Origin: a virus
DNA length: 64,000 nt
Reading direction: 5' to 3' (one strand)
Virus record (IMG/VR): IMGVR_UViG_3300010149_000010
A program made the position numbers and the translations under genes. Every line of letters starts with the position of its first letter. Position 1 is the first letter of the stretch. Under the pieces are notes generated by a model. It ran no database searches, had not been told where the DNA came from, and saw only the letters and a list, made by a program, of their open reading frames with translations. Below are positions 1 to 8,739 of the stretch, piece by piece.

Positions 1-1
1 G

Positions 2-226
2 TTTTTTTATAAAAAAACCATCACCCATATTGAAGGGGAGCAAGGTGTTAAACAATACCCTGAAACTACTTTGAATCAGTTTGTCACTAATTTCAACAAC
101 TCTATTGCATCTTCTTTATCATATTTAGGTCTCTTTTCCATAAGAGACCTTTCACCCCTAAATGTAAAATTCATTAAAGTTTCTAACAACTCTTTAAAAG
201 ACCCCCCCCAAAAAAATATTAACTAA
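2..226 (+). CDS. Partial (5'-truncated) IMP dehydrogenase / GMP reductase family protein, C-terminal end
   Basis: Not in the ORF track. The open frame from nt 2 to TAA at 224-226 reads FFYKKTITHIEGEQGVKQYPETTLNQFVTNFNNSIASSLSYLGLFSIRDLSPLNVKFIKVSNNSLK..., matching the IMPDH/GMPR C-terminal pattern (EG.eG.v.Y...v...l...l.s.msY.G...i.eL....F..it). Confidence 0.75.
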   Translation, partial: FFYKKTITHIEGEQGVKQYPETTLNQFVTNFNNSIASSLSYLGLFSIRDLSPLNVKFIKVSNNSLKDPPQKNIN

Positions 227-241
227 ATAAAGATTAAAAAA

Positions 242-2734
242 ATGTATATAACTGATACCGACGAAGTCATCACACTATTAAGATCCAAGCTTCCTGAGTA
301 CCTTCAAATGAAACTAGGTAAAGATTTAGATCTATCTAAAAAGTTCAATTGCTTTTCTCATGATGATAAAACACCTAGCATGGGCCTCAACCCAAGAACC
401 AACAACGAGACCGTTAAATGTTTCAGTTGCGGTTTTTATGGTGATATATTCACTTGCGCTGAGCATTTTGACCAATTGCCTTTATCAGGTTCAGATTGGC
501 TGTTAATCACAATACCAACACTTTGTGACATGCTTGATATACCTTATTCTCCAGGCGTCTTGTCAGAGCAAGACAAAGAGCGAATCAAGTTATTTAAGCT
601 GGCTCAAGATATCTCAGATATAATGGCTACTATAAACCCAAACGACAACGATTACATGCTTCAACGCAATTGGATTCAAACTTTTGTTCCAGCAGCCTCC
701 CTTGACAAGGATGAACTAGTTGCAAAACTTGTATCAAAGGGCTGGGATTCTAGCTATATTTCAAATACTAATTTAATTAGCACTAGATTCGTAGACTATT
801 TTGGCTCAAACAAGGTTACGTTTTCCATCAAGGACCATGCAAAACGGACTGTTGGTTTTATTTGCCGAAATCAAAACTTTGAAACCCTTAGTATACCAAA
901 GTACACCAATAGTCCAGAGTCTACGATTTATAAAAAGAACAAAGCGCTCATGGGCATAGACGTAGCTTATAGAGATGCTAAAAAATATGGCCTATATGTT
1001 GTTGAAGGACCTGGCGACCTTATGCAGCTTTATCGACTCGGTATAAAAAATGCCGTTTCTGTTTGCGGCACCGCTTTCACTGAAACCCATCTTCTTTACT
1101 TGAAGCAAATCGGAGTTAGAAAACTATACTTAAACTTTGATTGGGACCAAGCTGGTTATGCTGCTACTCAAAGAGTTCTAGAAAACATCTTGAAAGCAAC
1201 TTCTGGAATAAGCACTTATGTGGTGATGCCTCCCGAAGATTCCGAGTTTAAAGACACAGATGAATTTTTAAAGCAGTCAACCTCTCCTGAAGATTATCTT
1301 AATCTAACGAAAATATCAGCATTTGAATGGCAATTAAATTCTTTTTCAGAAAACCATACCCCAGATGTAATCTGTCAAAAAATGGTTCCTATAATTGCTT
1401 CTGAAGAAACAGAAGTCAAAAGAGAACTTTTAATTAAAGAGCTTGCTCAGTTCACTACAGTTTCAACTTCTTCAATCCTAGCAGATGTAAACGCCATTAG
1501 ATCGAATAAATTTTCTCAAAAATTAGAGAAAACAAAAACAGCTGCAGAAGCCTATATGCGAGCTGTAGACCAAGATCCTGATAACATTAGGGCTCATATG
1601 GCCTCTCATGAACAAATGCTTGAATTGATTGAAAAGGAATATAAATCAGATTCAATCGGTATCAATTATCAGATCAACAGGTTCGATGCAATACAAGAAC
1701 TTAGAGCTTCTGCTTCCACTGATCTTTCCGCAGCCGGTTTCAAAATGAATTATTTTGAAAGCTTTGCCAACAATATGAATGGTGGGATGAGTTGGTCTTC
1801 TGGCGCACTCATGTATGTCGGTGGTAGGGCTAACTCCGGCAAGACCGCTACTTGCTTAATGATTGGTACTGACGTTGCGTTATCAGACGAAAACGCGACT
1901 GTACTAATTCATAGTACTGATGATTCTTACGAGCAAATTGAACCTCGTATCAAGACCAATATATATAGAATGCTCTACCCCGAAGGGGTTCCTCTCAGTA
2001 TCGGTATGGTTGTTCAACCCAACTCTTTCTTAAAGGATCTTCCTGTAGAATACACTCATGCTTTTGAGAAAGCTAATGAGCATTTTAGAGAACTAATTCA
2101 AAGTGAGCGATTGGTCATCATCGATAGTGAAGATGGGGCAACATTATCCACCTTGGAAAGAAATTTACGATACTACAGAAATCGTTATCCTGAACGAAAA
2201 TTAATGATGATTTGTGACAACACCCACAACTATATGGATTTTATGAATCTTGAGCAATCAAGTAGAATGACTTCTATATCTAATCAGCAGAAAAATCTTA
2301 CAATTAAATACCATGCTTGCATGATAGCTACAGCAGAGTATCGTAAGAACATGCCTATGGATCACAGTAAGATCAAGCTACCCGTAGATGACGATCTTGC
2401 TGATGCGCGCGCTTTGATGTATAGACCTAATGTTATATTTCACGTTTACAATGACATGCATGATCGTAAGGAACATTGCGAAATATTTTGGAAAGATCAA
2501 GAAAGTAACATGTACCCAAGACTACTTCTTAATTTTACTAAAAATAAAATTAGCGGTTTCAAAGACAAGCTTGTTCTTGATTTAGATCCAAAAACTGTCT
2601 CTTTGACGCCAGTCAATGCTGATTCTTGCTTGAATGATGCAGAGAATTTTAGAGATTTAAAGTCTTCTGGCTACCTTTCTAGTGATGGTAAGAAAGTCAT
2701 TATGGTCAACTCAGAGGAGTATTCAAATGACTAA
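242..2734 (+). CDS. Fused DNA primase-helicase (CHC2 Zn finger + DnaG TOPRIM + DnaB-like SF4 helicase)
   Basis: Zn finger CFSH..KTPS..KCFSC; PKYTNSPES; TOPRIM VVEGPGD and FDWD; Walker A GGRANSGKT; Walker B-like MICDN. Confidence 0.93.
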   Translation: MYITDTDEVITLLRSKLPEYLQMKLGKDLDLSKKFNCFSHDDKTPSMGLNPRTNNETVKCFSCGFYGDIFTCAEHFDQLPLSGSDWLLITIPTLCDMLDIPYSPGVLSEQDKERIKLFKLAQDISDIMATINPNDNDYMLQRNWIQTFVPAASLDKDELVAKLVSKGWDSSYISNTNLISTRFVDYFGSNKVTFSIKDHAKRTVGFICRNQNFETLSIPKYTNSPESTIYKKNKALMGIDVAYRDAKKYGLYVVEGPGDLMQLYRLGIKNAVSVCGTAFTETHLLYLKQIGVRKLYLNFDWDQAGYAATQRVLENILKATSGISTYVVMPPEDSEFKDTDEFLKQSTSPEDYLNLTKISAFEWQLNSFSENHTPDVICQKMVPIIASEETEVKRELLIKELAQFTTVSTSSILADVNAIRSNKFSQKLEKTKTAAEAYMRAVDQDPDNIRAHMASHEQMLELIEKEYKSDSIGINYQINRFDAIQELRASASTDLSAAGFKMNYFESFANNMNGGMSWSSGALMYVGGRANSGKTATCLMIGTDVALSDENATVLIHSTDDSYEQIEPRIKTNIYRMLYPEGVPLSIGMVVQPNSFLKDLPVEYTHAFEKANEHFRELIQSERLVIIDSEDGATLSTLERNLRYYRNRYPERKLMMICDNTHNYMDFMNLEQSSRMTSISNQQKNLTIKYHACMIATAEYRKNMPMDHSKIKLPVDDDLADARALMYRPNVIFHVYNDMHDRKEHCEIFWKDQESNMYPRLLLNFTKNKISGFKDKLVLDLDPKTVSLTPVNADSCLNDAENFRDLKSSGYLSSDGKKVIMVNSEEYSND

Positions 2735-3038
2735 CCATCTATCTAAACAACTCATTTCTTTCGACGAGTTGTCTTGTGAAGAAATTGTTTTACAAAAAAA
2801 CAGAACTTTACATTTCAAGAATACTTCTCAGCATAATATGTCTCTTTATTGTATTTCTGGAATTGCTATAATCCATGCCCTCGACTCAACTCTCTCTCTT
2901 ATTGATACTACCCCTATGGTTTCCGGAGAGGTCTACGTTCTTACTGAAAATACTCAAACTTTTCTGATAGAATCTTTAAACACGACAGATCACGATTTAA
3001 AATTTTTAAAAATACTCACAAGGACTTCTAATGCTTGA
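2727..3038 (+). CDS. Hypothetical protein, possible cupin-like beta-barrel
   Basis: ATG at 2727 follows a GAGGAG SD and overlaps the primase stop. LYCISGIAII and MVSGEVYVL resemble cupin motifs. Confidence 0.6.
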   Translation: MTNHLSKQLISFDELSCEEIVLQKNRTLHFKNTSQHNMSLYCISGIAIIHALDSTLSLIDTTPMVSGEVYVLTENTQTFLIESLNTTDHDLKFLKILTRTSNA

Positions 3039-3324
3039 TTCTAAGACGCTCGGTATCTACATACTTAAAAACAAAACTTTTTACTATCTTGAAGCTGGAG
3101 ATAATTATATAGGCACTTCAATTGATAGAATTAAAAAAGCTTTAATACAAAGAAACTTAATTTTACCTCAAATTAATACAAATTACTCTAAGCCTCTTTA
3201 TTCTGTAATAACTTACGATGAAGCTTATAGAAATAGCTATTCTGTTGAGCCTATCTTTTTGTCAAAGCATATAAAGCTTATGTACAATGAGAAGCAGGCA
3301 GAAGAGAAAGGTAATTTCAAATGA
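3031..3324 (+). CDS. Hypothetical protein
   Basis: 97-aa ORF tightly overlapping both neighbours. Confidence 0.7.
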   Translation: MLDSKTLGIYILKNKTFYYLEAGDNYIGTSIDRIKKALIQRNLILPQINTNYSKPLYSVITYDEAYRNSYSVEPIFLSKHIKLMYNEKQAEEKGNFK

Positions 3325-3641
3325 ACGTTATTTTAGAGAAAATTCAAGATTTAAAAATTTTCATCATGTTTCTTTCAAGCATCTTCCTCTCTGGGATCCT
3401 TGTTGGGTACCTTTTAAGTCCAAAGCCCAAACCTAAGGAAATAATGTGTGCTAAAGAAATAAAACAAGTGGTTTTGCTTGGGTCGCAAATTAAAACTTTG
3501 CGTGAAAAACATTTAAATAAAATAAAAACTTTTCAACATGAATGTATTATTGAGCAAAATCAAATTTGCTCCCAAAAAATAATCCGCTATCGCGCTGCTT
3601 GTTTGGAATTAAAATGCGAAATCTGCAAGGCATCTAAATGA
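3321..3641 (+). CDS. Membrane-anchored Cys-rich coiled-coil protein (possibly spanin-like)
   Basis: N-terminal TM (IFIMFLSSIFLSGILVGYLL), PKPKPK linker, helical region with six Cys; ATGA overlaps. Confidence 0.6.
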   Translation: MNVILEKIQDLKIFIMFLSSIFLSGILVGYLLSPKPKPKEIMCAKEIKQVVLLGSQIKTLREKHLNKIKTFQHECIIEQNQICSQKIIRYRAACLELKCEICKASK

Positions 3642-4111
3642 AAAAAATACTATTTATATTTCTTTTTCTATTTTTTTCAACTCCAGCATTTGCTGCTAAT
3701 CAAGAAATAGCAAATTTAGCTTTAGATTCTTTAAACTTTAAATTAAAGCTCGGCAATTATTATATCTCTGCGCCTTACCATTTACCTGGCGATGTTGTTC
3801 TTGACGAAGGTTATTTAATTTCAGTCCCAGACCTAGCTTTGCTTAAGGTTGAGATCGATTCAATAGAATCGACTATGGCTGCTAATTTAAACTTGCTTTC
3901 TAAACAATGCCAAGCAGAGCTTGCTAATTGTCAACAAGATGCAGATGATAGATTTGTTGACCTTGTTAAAGAGAATGATTTTTTATCTGAAAAACTCTCT
4001 CTCCAAGAAAGCCTTTACCGGGCTCAAAAAACTAAAACTATCATTTATACTTTATCAGGAGTTTTCATTACAGGTCTCACTTCTTTCCTGATCGTCAAAA
4101 TGGTTTATTAA
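3638..4111 (+). CDS. Exported coiled-coil protein with signal peptide and C-terminal TM
   Basis: Signal peptide MKKILFIFLFLFFSTPAFA; C-terminal TM IIYTLSGVFITGLTSFLIV. Confidence 0.65.
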   Translation: MKKILFIFLFLFFSTPAFAANQEIANLALDSLNFKLKLGNYYISAPYHLPGDVVLDEGYLISVPDLALLKVEIDSIESTMAANLNLLSKQCQAELANCQQDADDRFVDLVKENDFLSEKLSLQESLYRAQKTKTIIYTLSGVFITGLTSFLIVKMVY

Positions 4112-4854
4112 TGGTTAAAGAATCAAATTTTAATACATTTTTATATTGCTCTAAACTTAGTGATTTTGGCGGATCAGTTTACAGCCTCCATCCTTCACAA
4201 TTGCTAATTTATTGCTCTTTGAAAGATTTAAATTTAAAGATATTTAAAAATGAAGTAACTGATTTAAATAAAACTTTTATTGAACTAGTCAAAAAAAATA
4301 TAAAAAAATATTATCCAAATTTAACTTCCCTAGATGATTTACAATATTTAATCAACTGGTCTATTAACTTGTATAATAGCTTTTACAATTTGTTTCCAAT
4401 CACCAAGTTCACACCTTTATCAGTTGATTTTGAACCTATCCATAATATAAATAATTTTTCTATAGCTTATAAAACTGATATTATCCTTTTTGAACAGTCT
4501 ACTAGATCTAAAATTCATATTCTAAATTTTTACCCTACTGTAGACGAACATTTAAAGCAAAACGATTTTTTATCTTCTGCTAAAATATCTTTTTTTAAAG
4601 AGGTATACTCTAATTTGACGAATCAAATTTCTGTAAAAGTGCATTACCTTTCTACCGCTCCTGCTTCTTTTAGAAATAGGAGTCAAAGAAATTATTCTTT
4701 CAAACACTTTTCCAACGGAAGAGTTAAAAAAGCTCATCAACAAAATTATATTGACGCAATTGAATATTATACGTCTTACCAAACTAAGACGGTTACCAAA
4801 CCCTATTGTGTAGATTATCATTGTCAGAAAAGGAAAGAGTGTCAAAATGGCTGA
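4111..4854 (+). CDS. Divergent Cas4/AddB-like PD-(D/E)XK nuclease-fold protein
   Basis: N-terminal FLYCSK plus C-terminal C-x4-C-x5-C gives an iron-staple-like layout; KTDIILF...IHILNF resembles a degenerate nuclease core. Confidence 0.5.
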   Translation: MVKESNFNTFLYCSKLSDFGGSVYSLHPSQLLIYCSLKDLNLKIFKNEVTDLNKTFIELVKKNIKKYYPNLTSLDDLQYLINWSINLYNSFYNLFPITKFTPLSVDFEPIHNINNFSIAYKTDIILFEQSTRSKIHILNFYPTVDEHLKQNDFLSSAKISFFKEVYSNLTNQISVKVHYLSTAPASFRNRSQRNYSFKHFSNGRVKKAHQQNYIDAIEYYTSYQTKTVTKPYCVDYHCQKRKECQNG

Positions 4855-5149
4855 ATATGGAGACTTTAAAATAGCTTCTAGAGCAAGGGTAAACTTACCA
4901 CCCTACATGTTTCAAGGTGGCCCTTGGGTCCATATGGCGACAGCTAAAAGATCTTTGTCTGAATATGTTGCTTTACTGCACGAACCTACAGGTAAGATTT
5001 ATTTAGAGCAAATAAGCGCTACAGGCAAGTTTCATCATATTCCAGATGATAAACTTTGGGTAGATCTTTTGAACTTTTTAGTCGACCAAGGTGTTTTAGG
5101 TTTTGATAAAGATAAAGAAATTATAATAGGAGAAGACTTTAATGCCTAG
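4847..5149 (+). CDS. Hypothetical protein
   Basis: 100-aa ORF overlapping neighbours in the operon. Confidence 0.7.
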   Translation: MAEYGDFKIASRARVNLPPYMFQGGPWVHMATAKRSLSEYVALLHEPTGKIYLEQISATGKFHHIPDDKLWVDLLNFLVDQGVLGFDKDKEIIIGEDFNA

Positions 5150-5564
5150 GTCAAGCTGGAAAAATCAATACTACACTTACCCTTCAGCATCAAAGCTTCA
5201 TAAAAAACTTAAAGAAATTTTTGTTTCCGATAACTTCTTCAAACAGCTTCAGTGCTATCAAGAAGTCCCTTTGGTAGACCTTGTTCCTTCTTATCCAAAC
5301 CGCATGGACGCGATAGATTGGTACGTAGACGAATACAATATCATCATTGAATGCCACGGCATTCAACATTACAAGATGCAATCTTTTGGATCTAAAGATT
5401 CTGTCTTTAATCAGAAGAAAAATTTCAATAATATTCAGTACCGTGATAACAGAAAAAAAACAATGCTAATCGATGCAGGTTATGATTACCTAGAGATACC
5501 TTATACTGATTATACAAAAATTACTCCTGCCTATCTAAAGCAAAAAATCTTTTACGAAAGCTAA
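5142..5564 (+). CDS. DUF559/Vsr-like PD-(D/E)XK endonuclease
   Basis: IDWYVDEYNIIIECHGIQHY...RDNRKK..LIDAGYDYLEIPY pattern. Confidence 0.8.
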   Translation: MPRSSWKNQYYTYPSASKLHKKLKEIFVSDNFFKQLQCYQEVPLVDLVPSYPNRMDAIDWYVDEYNIIIECHGIQHYKMQSFGSKDSVFNQKKNFNNIQYRDNRKKTMLIDAGYDYLEIPYTDYTKITPAYLKQKIFYES

Positions 5565-5567
5565 AAA

Positions 5568-6203
5568 ATGAATCAACTGAAGCAAAATTTAATCTCTCAG
5601 CTATTAATGACTAACGATTTCGAGTCTTGGAACTGTTTCGAACCAAAATATTTTGGTGCAGATACTAGGTCCGTTCCATTTTTTACCGAAGTTAATCAAG
5701 ACTCTGCTTTGCTTTTAATAAGCCAATTAAAGCATCTTGAAGAGTTAGATAAAGAGCAGCAAATTACAATTCTTTTAAATACTCCTGGAGGATCCTTAAC
5801 AGATGCCCTGGCTATATACGATGTTATTACACAAATATCTTGCCCCGTAGTTGTTCACACATTAGGCCTGTGCGCAAGCGCAGGGTTATTGATTTTAAGC
5901 GCAGCAGATTACAGAATCTGTTCTCCCAACACGACCTTCTTTTATCACCAACCTGTAATGGACGGCTCTCATATCAATTCTATTGATAGCATGTCCCATT
6001 TAAATGACCATTATAGTCATTGTAAAGAGCTCACTGATGATATAATTAAAAATAGAACAAAAATAAAAAAGTCTCTTTGGACTAAGAATTTTGAAGGCAA
6101 AACAAATTTTTATTTTAATTCAGATGAAGCTTTGGCTTTTAAGCTAGTCGATATTGTTTCTCAAAGTTCAAAACTTGACTTTGAAATACAAAAGGAGTCT
6201 TGA
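5568..6203 (+). CDS. clpP: ClpP-like serine protease
   Basis: LNTPGGS, GLCASAG (Ser104), FFYHQP (His127), EALAFKLVD. Confidence 0.9.
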   Translation: MNQLKQNLISQLLMTNDFESWNCFEPKYFGADTRSVPFFTEVNQDSALLLISQLKHLEELDKEQQITILLNTPGGSLTDALAIYDVITQISCPVVVHTLGLCASAGLLILSAADYRICSPNTTFFYHQPVMDGSHINSIDSMSHLNDHYSHCKELTDDIIKNRTKIKKSLWTKNFEGKTNFYFNSDEALAFKLVDIVSQSSKLDFEIQKES

Positions 6204-6204
6204 T

Positions 6205-6561
6205 ATGGCTTCGAGAGGTCGAGGAGCAAGAATAAAAGGAGCTGCTTTCGAAAGACAGCTTGCTAAATACTTTACAGACAATACAGATTTTGACGCAAAA
6301 AGAGGAATAGGTCAATCTAGATCTGGAGGCTCTGAAGTCTCTGATGTTGACATGCCGGTCATACATATAGAAGCTAAACGTCATAAAAGGTGCCATATAA
6401 AAGGTGCTTTAAAACAAGCTATCAATGATGCTGATATTAACGGTAAGATTCCCGTTGCTATAACTAAAGATGATAGAGAAGATATACTTTGCACCATGCT
6501 GTTAGATGACTGGATACATTTTTTTAACGCTTATGTTGAAAACAATGAATTACAAAAATAG
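6205..6561 (+). CDS. Holliday junction resolvase-like PD-(D/E)XK nuclease
   Basis: ATG at 6205 after AAGGAG; KGAAFER...SDV...IEAKR pattern of Hjc-like phage resolvases. Confidence 0.8.
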   Translation: MASRGRGARIKGAAFERQLAKYFTDNTDFDAKRGIGQSRSGGSEVSDVDMPVIHIEAKRHKRCHIKGALKQAINDADINGKIPVAITKDDREDILCTMLLDDWIHFFNAYVENNELQK

Positions 6562-7234
6562 TTTATTTATAGATTCTTATCAAGATTTTTTGTCTTCTTA
6601 TAGGTCTTACAAAACTTTAGCAACTGCATCTTCTTTAAAAAATTGTTTAGAATTAATGCAACCTTGTTTTCAAGTCTGGGAAAAAGATTTTTTTTCTCCA
6701 GGCCATAACGATAATATAAACATTCTAACTTTATTCTCTTTGCTTGCTAAAGATGATAAACCAAAAGCTTCACTTTCATTTAAAACAAAAGCTTACAAAG
6801 ACCACCTTCTTTTAAACCAACTTAAATTTACAGACCATTTAAACGAATCATTCTTAATGCACATGCAAAAAGAAACAATCCTTTATGATAATTATTCTAA
6901 GGATTATAGATTCCTTTTTTATATAGCTCAAGAAATCAAATACGGTCTTTTCAAAATAATAAGAAAGATTCTTCAATACGTGAAGAGAGACTTTCATTCA
7001 AACCCATCAGCAGTTTCTTTTGCTCCAACTCAAACCTTTGACAATCACATAAACTTAGAGTTGCATTTCCTTTTCCATAGTAATAAACTTTTATACTCTA
7101 TACTTATAAGTTTAATGTACGAAAACAGTACTTGGAAAAACGTAAAGAAGAAATTCAATTTAACTAATCAAGATTATATTCTTTTAAAAAAAGAGGTAAA
7201 TTCATGGACAAACATAGTGCTATCAAGCAGCTAG
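6545..7234 (+). CDS. Hypothetical protein with C-terminal HTH, possibly a divergent sigma-factor-like regulator
   Basis: The C-terminus ILISLMYENSTWKNVKKKFNLTNQDYILLK resembles a sigma region-4 HTH. The start is uncertain (6506 or 6545). Confidence 0.45.
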   Translation: MNYKNSLFIDSYQDFLSSYRSYKTLATASSLKNCLELMQPCFQVWEKDFFSPGHNDNINILTLFSLLAKDDKPKASLSFKTKAYKDHLLLNQLKFTDHLNESFLMHMQKETILYDNYSKDYRFLFYIAQEIKYGLFKIIRKILQYVKRDFHSNPSAVSFAPTQTFDNHINLELHFLFHSNKLLYSILISLMYENSTWKNVKKKFNLTNQDYILLKKEVNSWTNIVLSSS

Positions 7235-7698
7235 GCAATAATCCTTCTATAGCTCATCAACAGTCTTTAGTTCAAAAGCTTTCAGGACCAAAGATAAATA
7301 AACAAGTTAAAATGATAATTCCTGGCGGAGCCAACCTTACTGAAAACATTTCTAAAGATCAACTCTCGTCAGCTGTTTTTACTTGGCTGAGAAGATGCAG
7401 ACATTTCAAAGATGTTACAATTTCTTTTGCCGCTGATTTGAAGGATGTATCCACTCACTCTAGTTGTGTTGTAGACTTCAACCAAAATGGCAAACTCCCA
7501 GAATGGGAAGTTCAAGGGAAGCGTTGGCTTTCAGAAAGAATTTCCGAAGTACTTGCAATGGACAATGTCATTGGTGTTAAAGTAGATAAAGTAGGTATCC
7601 ATGCTATTTTAGACACAGATCATTCTTTTAATTCTAAATCGCCTAACTGGTTACCTCATTTACTTTTTACACCTAATAAACCTAACGGAGGGTTTTGA
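7204..7698 (+). CDS. Hypothetical protein
   Basis: 164-aa ORF with GAGGT SD upstream. Confidence 0.75.
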   Translation: MDKHSAIKQLGNNPSIAHQQSLVQKLSGPKINKQVKMIIPGGANLTENISKDQLSSAVFTWLRRCRHFKDVTISFAADLKDVSTHSSCVVDFNQNGKLPEWEVQGKRWLSERISEVLAMDNVIGVKVDKVGIHAILDTDHSFNSKSPNWLPHLLFTPNKPNGGF

Positions 7699-7699
7699 T

Positions 7700-8032
7700 A
7701 TGAGTTTATTTAAAGAAAGAGTTGCAAGCTCTAAAAGGATTGTTGCGCTTGAAAATGAAATCATTTCTCTGAAGCAACAATTAACTTCTAACCGTGCTGC
7801 AAGTCAAGGAACTAAAAACATTGCATCTCTTAAAGATGCAATTGCTAAGCTTCAGTCTGATTACGACAAGTGCAAAGCTGAACTTTTGGATTCCCAAAAT
7901 CTTTTTGAAGTCGCTATTCAAGAGATGGCTGATCTAAAGTCGGATCTCAAAAAGATCCGATCAGAAAACACTAGACTCAAAAAGAAATTAAAAGCTCCTG
8001 AAGTTTCAGACCTAAACGTAGAGCAAGATTAA
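7700..8032 (+). CDS. Coiled-coil hypothetical protein
   Basis: Heptad-rich 110-aa ORF with GGAGG SD. Confidence 0.75.
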   Translation: MSLFKERVASSKRIVALENEIISLKQQLTSNRAASQGTKNIASLKDAIAKLQSDYDKCKAELLDSQNLFEVAIQEMADLKSDLKKIRSENTRLKKKLKAPEVSDLNVEQD

Positions 8033-8109
8033 TGTCCTGCTCTAAATGTAAAGATAAAATGAAAAAGGCCCTTCAAGAAGTTTTAAAAAAGAAGTATTTG
8101 AATTCTTAG
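8032..8109 (+). CDS. 25-aa basic CxxC micro-protein (MSCSKCKDKMKKALQEVLKKKYLNS)
   Basis: ATG overlaps the upstream stop (TAATG). The ORF exactly fills the gap and its TAG overlaps the convergent gene's stop. Confidence 0.5.
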   Translation: MSCSKCKDKMKKALQEVLKKKYLNS

Positions 8110-8333
8110 TCTATGTTAGGAATATCTTCTAAAATAGATATTCTTCTCTCAAGAGACCTTACCGTTTCGTTCAATACTGCCATTTCAGTGCTCATTACAG
8201 ATATTAACTGTTGAACCTGATTGATAGAAGCAAGATTGTTTTGTGCGGTAAAGATATCTCTAACTCGTTCTTCTAAATTACTAATTCTTCTTAACGTACG
8301 TTGGTCGAACTCTTCGTTTATATCAATTCCCAT
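8106..8333 (-). CDS. Small coiled-coil protein
   Basis: 75 aa, GGAGG SD; last gene of the structural block. Confidence 0.7.
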   Translation of the reverse strand: MGIDINEEFDQRTLRRISNLEERVRDIFTAQNNLASINQVQQLISVMSTEMAVLNETVRSLERRISILEDIPNID

Positions 8334-8334
8334 G

Positions 8335-8670
8335 TCATCCTCCGTTCATTTCAATAACTTTAATTATTACTCCGCTAATCACCCCACCCACAGCTCCCCA
8401 ACTTAATTTTTCAGCTATTGATACTTTTAAAGATGTTATCTCTTCTTTAGTTTTAGAATCACTTCTTTTTAATGTTTCCACTTCTGATTCTAATTTAGAA
8501 ACTTTTATTTTTGTTTCTGATTGAGATATTGCAGTTTGATTTAGCTCATTCAAAAGTAAATCAATCTTGTCAGACAATTTTTCCAAATGCTTATCCAAGT
8601 TAGACTCTATTTCTTTCAAACGGTAAGAAACTAAATTCATATCTGGCAAAGGTGTGTCGTTATTTGGCAT
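8335..8670 (-). CDS. Coiled-coil protein with C-terminal TM (holin/XhlA-like architecture)
   Basis: ATG at 8670 lies 7 nt after GGAG; heptad repeats, then WGAVGGVISGVIIKVI. Confidence 0.55.
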   Translation of the reverse strand: MPNNDTPLPDMNLVSYRLKEIESNLDKHLEKLSDKIDLLLNELNQTAISQSETKIKVSKLESEVETLKRSDSKTKEEITSLKVSIAEKLSWGAVGGVISGVIIKVIEMNGG

Positions 8671-8739
8671 TTTCAATCTCCATCAAAAAAAATATAAAGG
8701 CTTTTATAGATTTATTTTATTGCTTAAACACCGATAAAA

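Noticed and set aside
127-150. 9-bp inverted repeat aggtctctt/aagagacct as a terminator
   Set aside because: It lies inside the IMPDH-like coding frame and lacks a proper U-tract; may be coincidental.
8684-8710. TATAAA-AGCC-TTTATA plus T-run on the minus strand as a terminator or promoter
   Set aside because: The stem is only 6 AT pairs, and I found no second copy to support a promoter motif.
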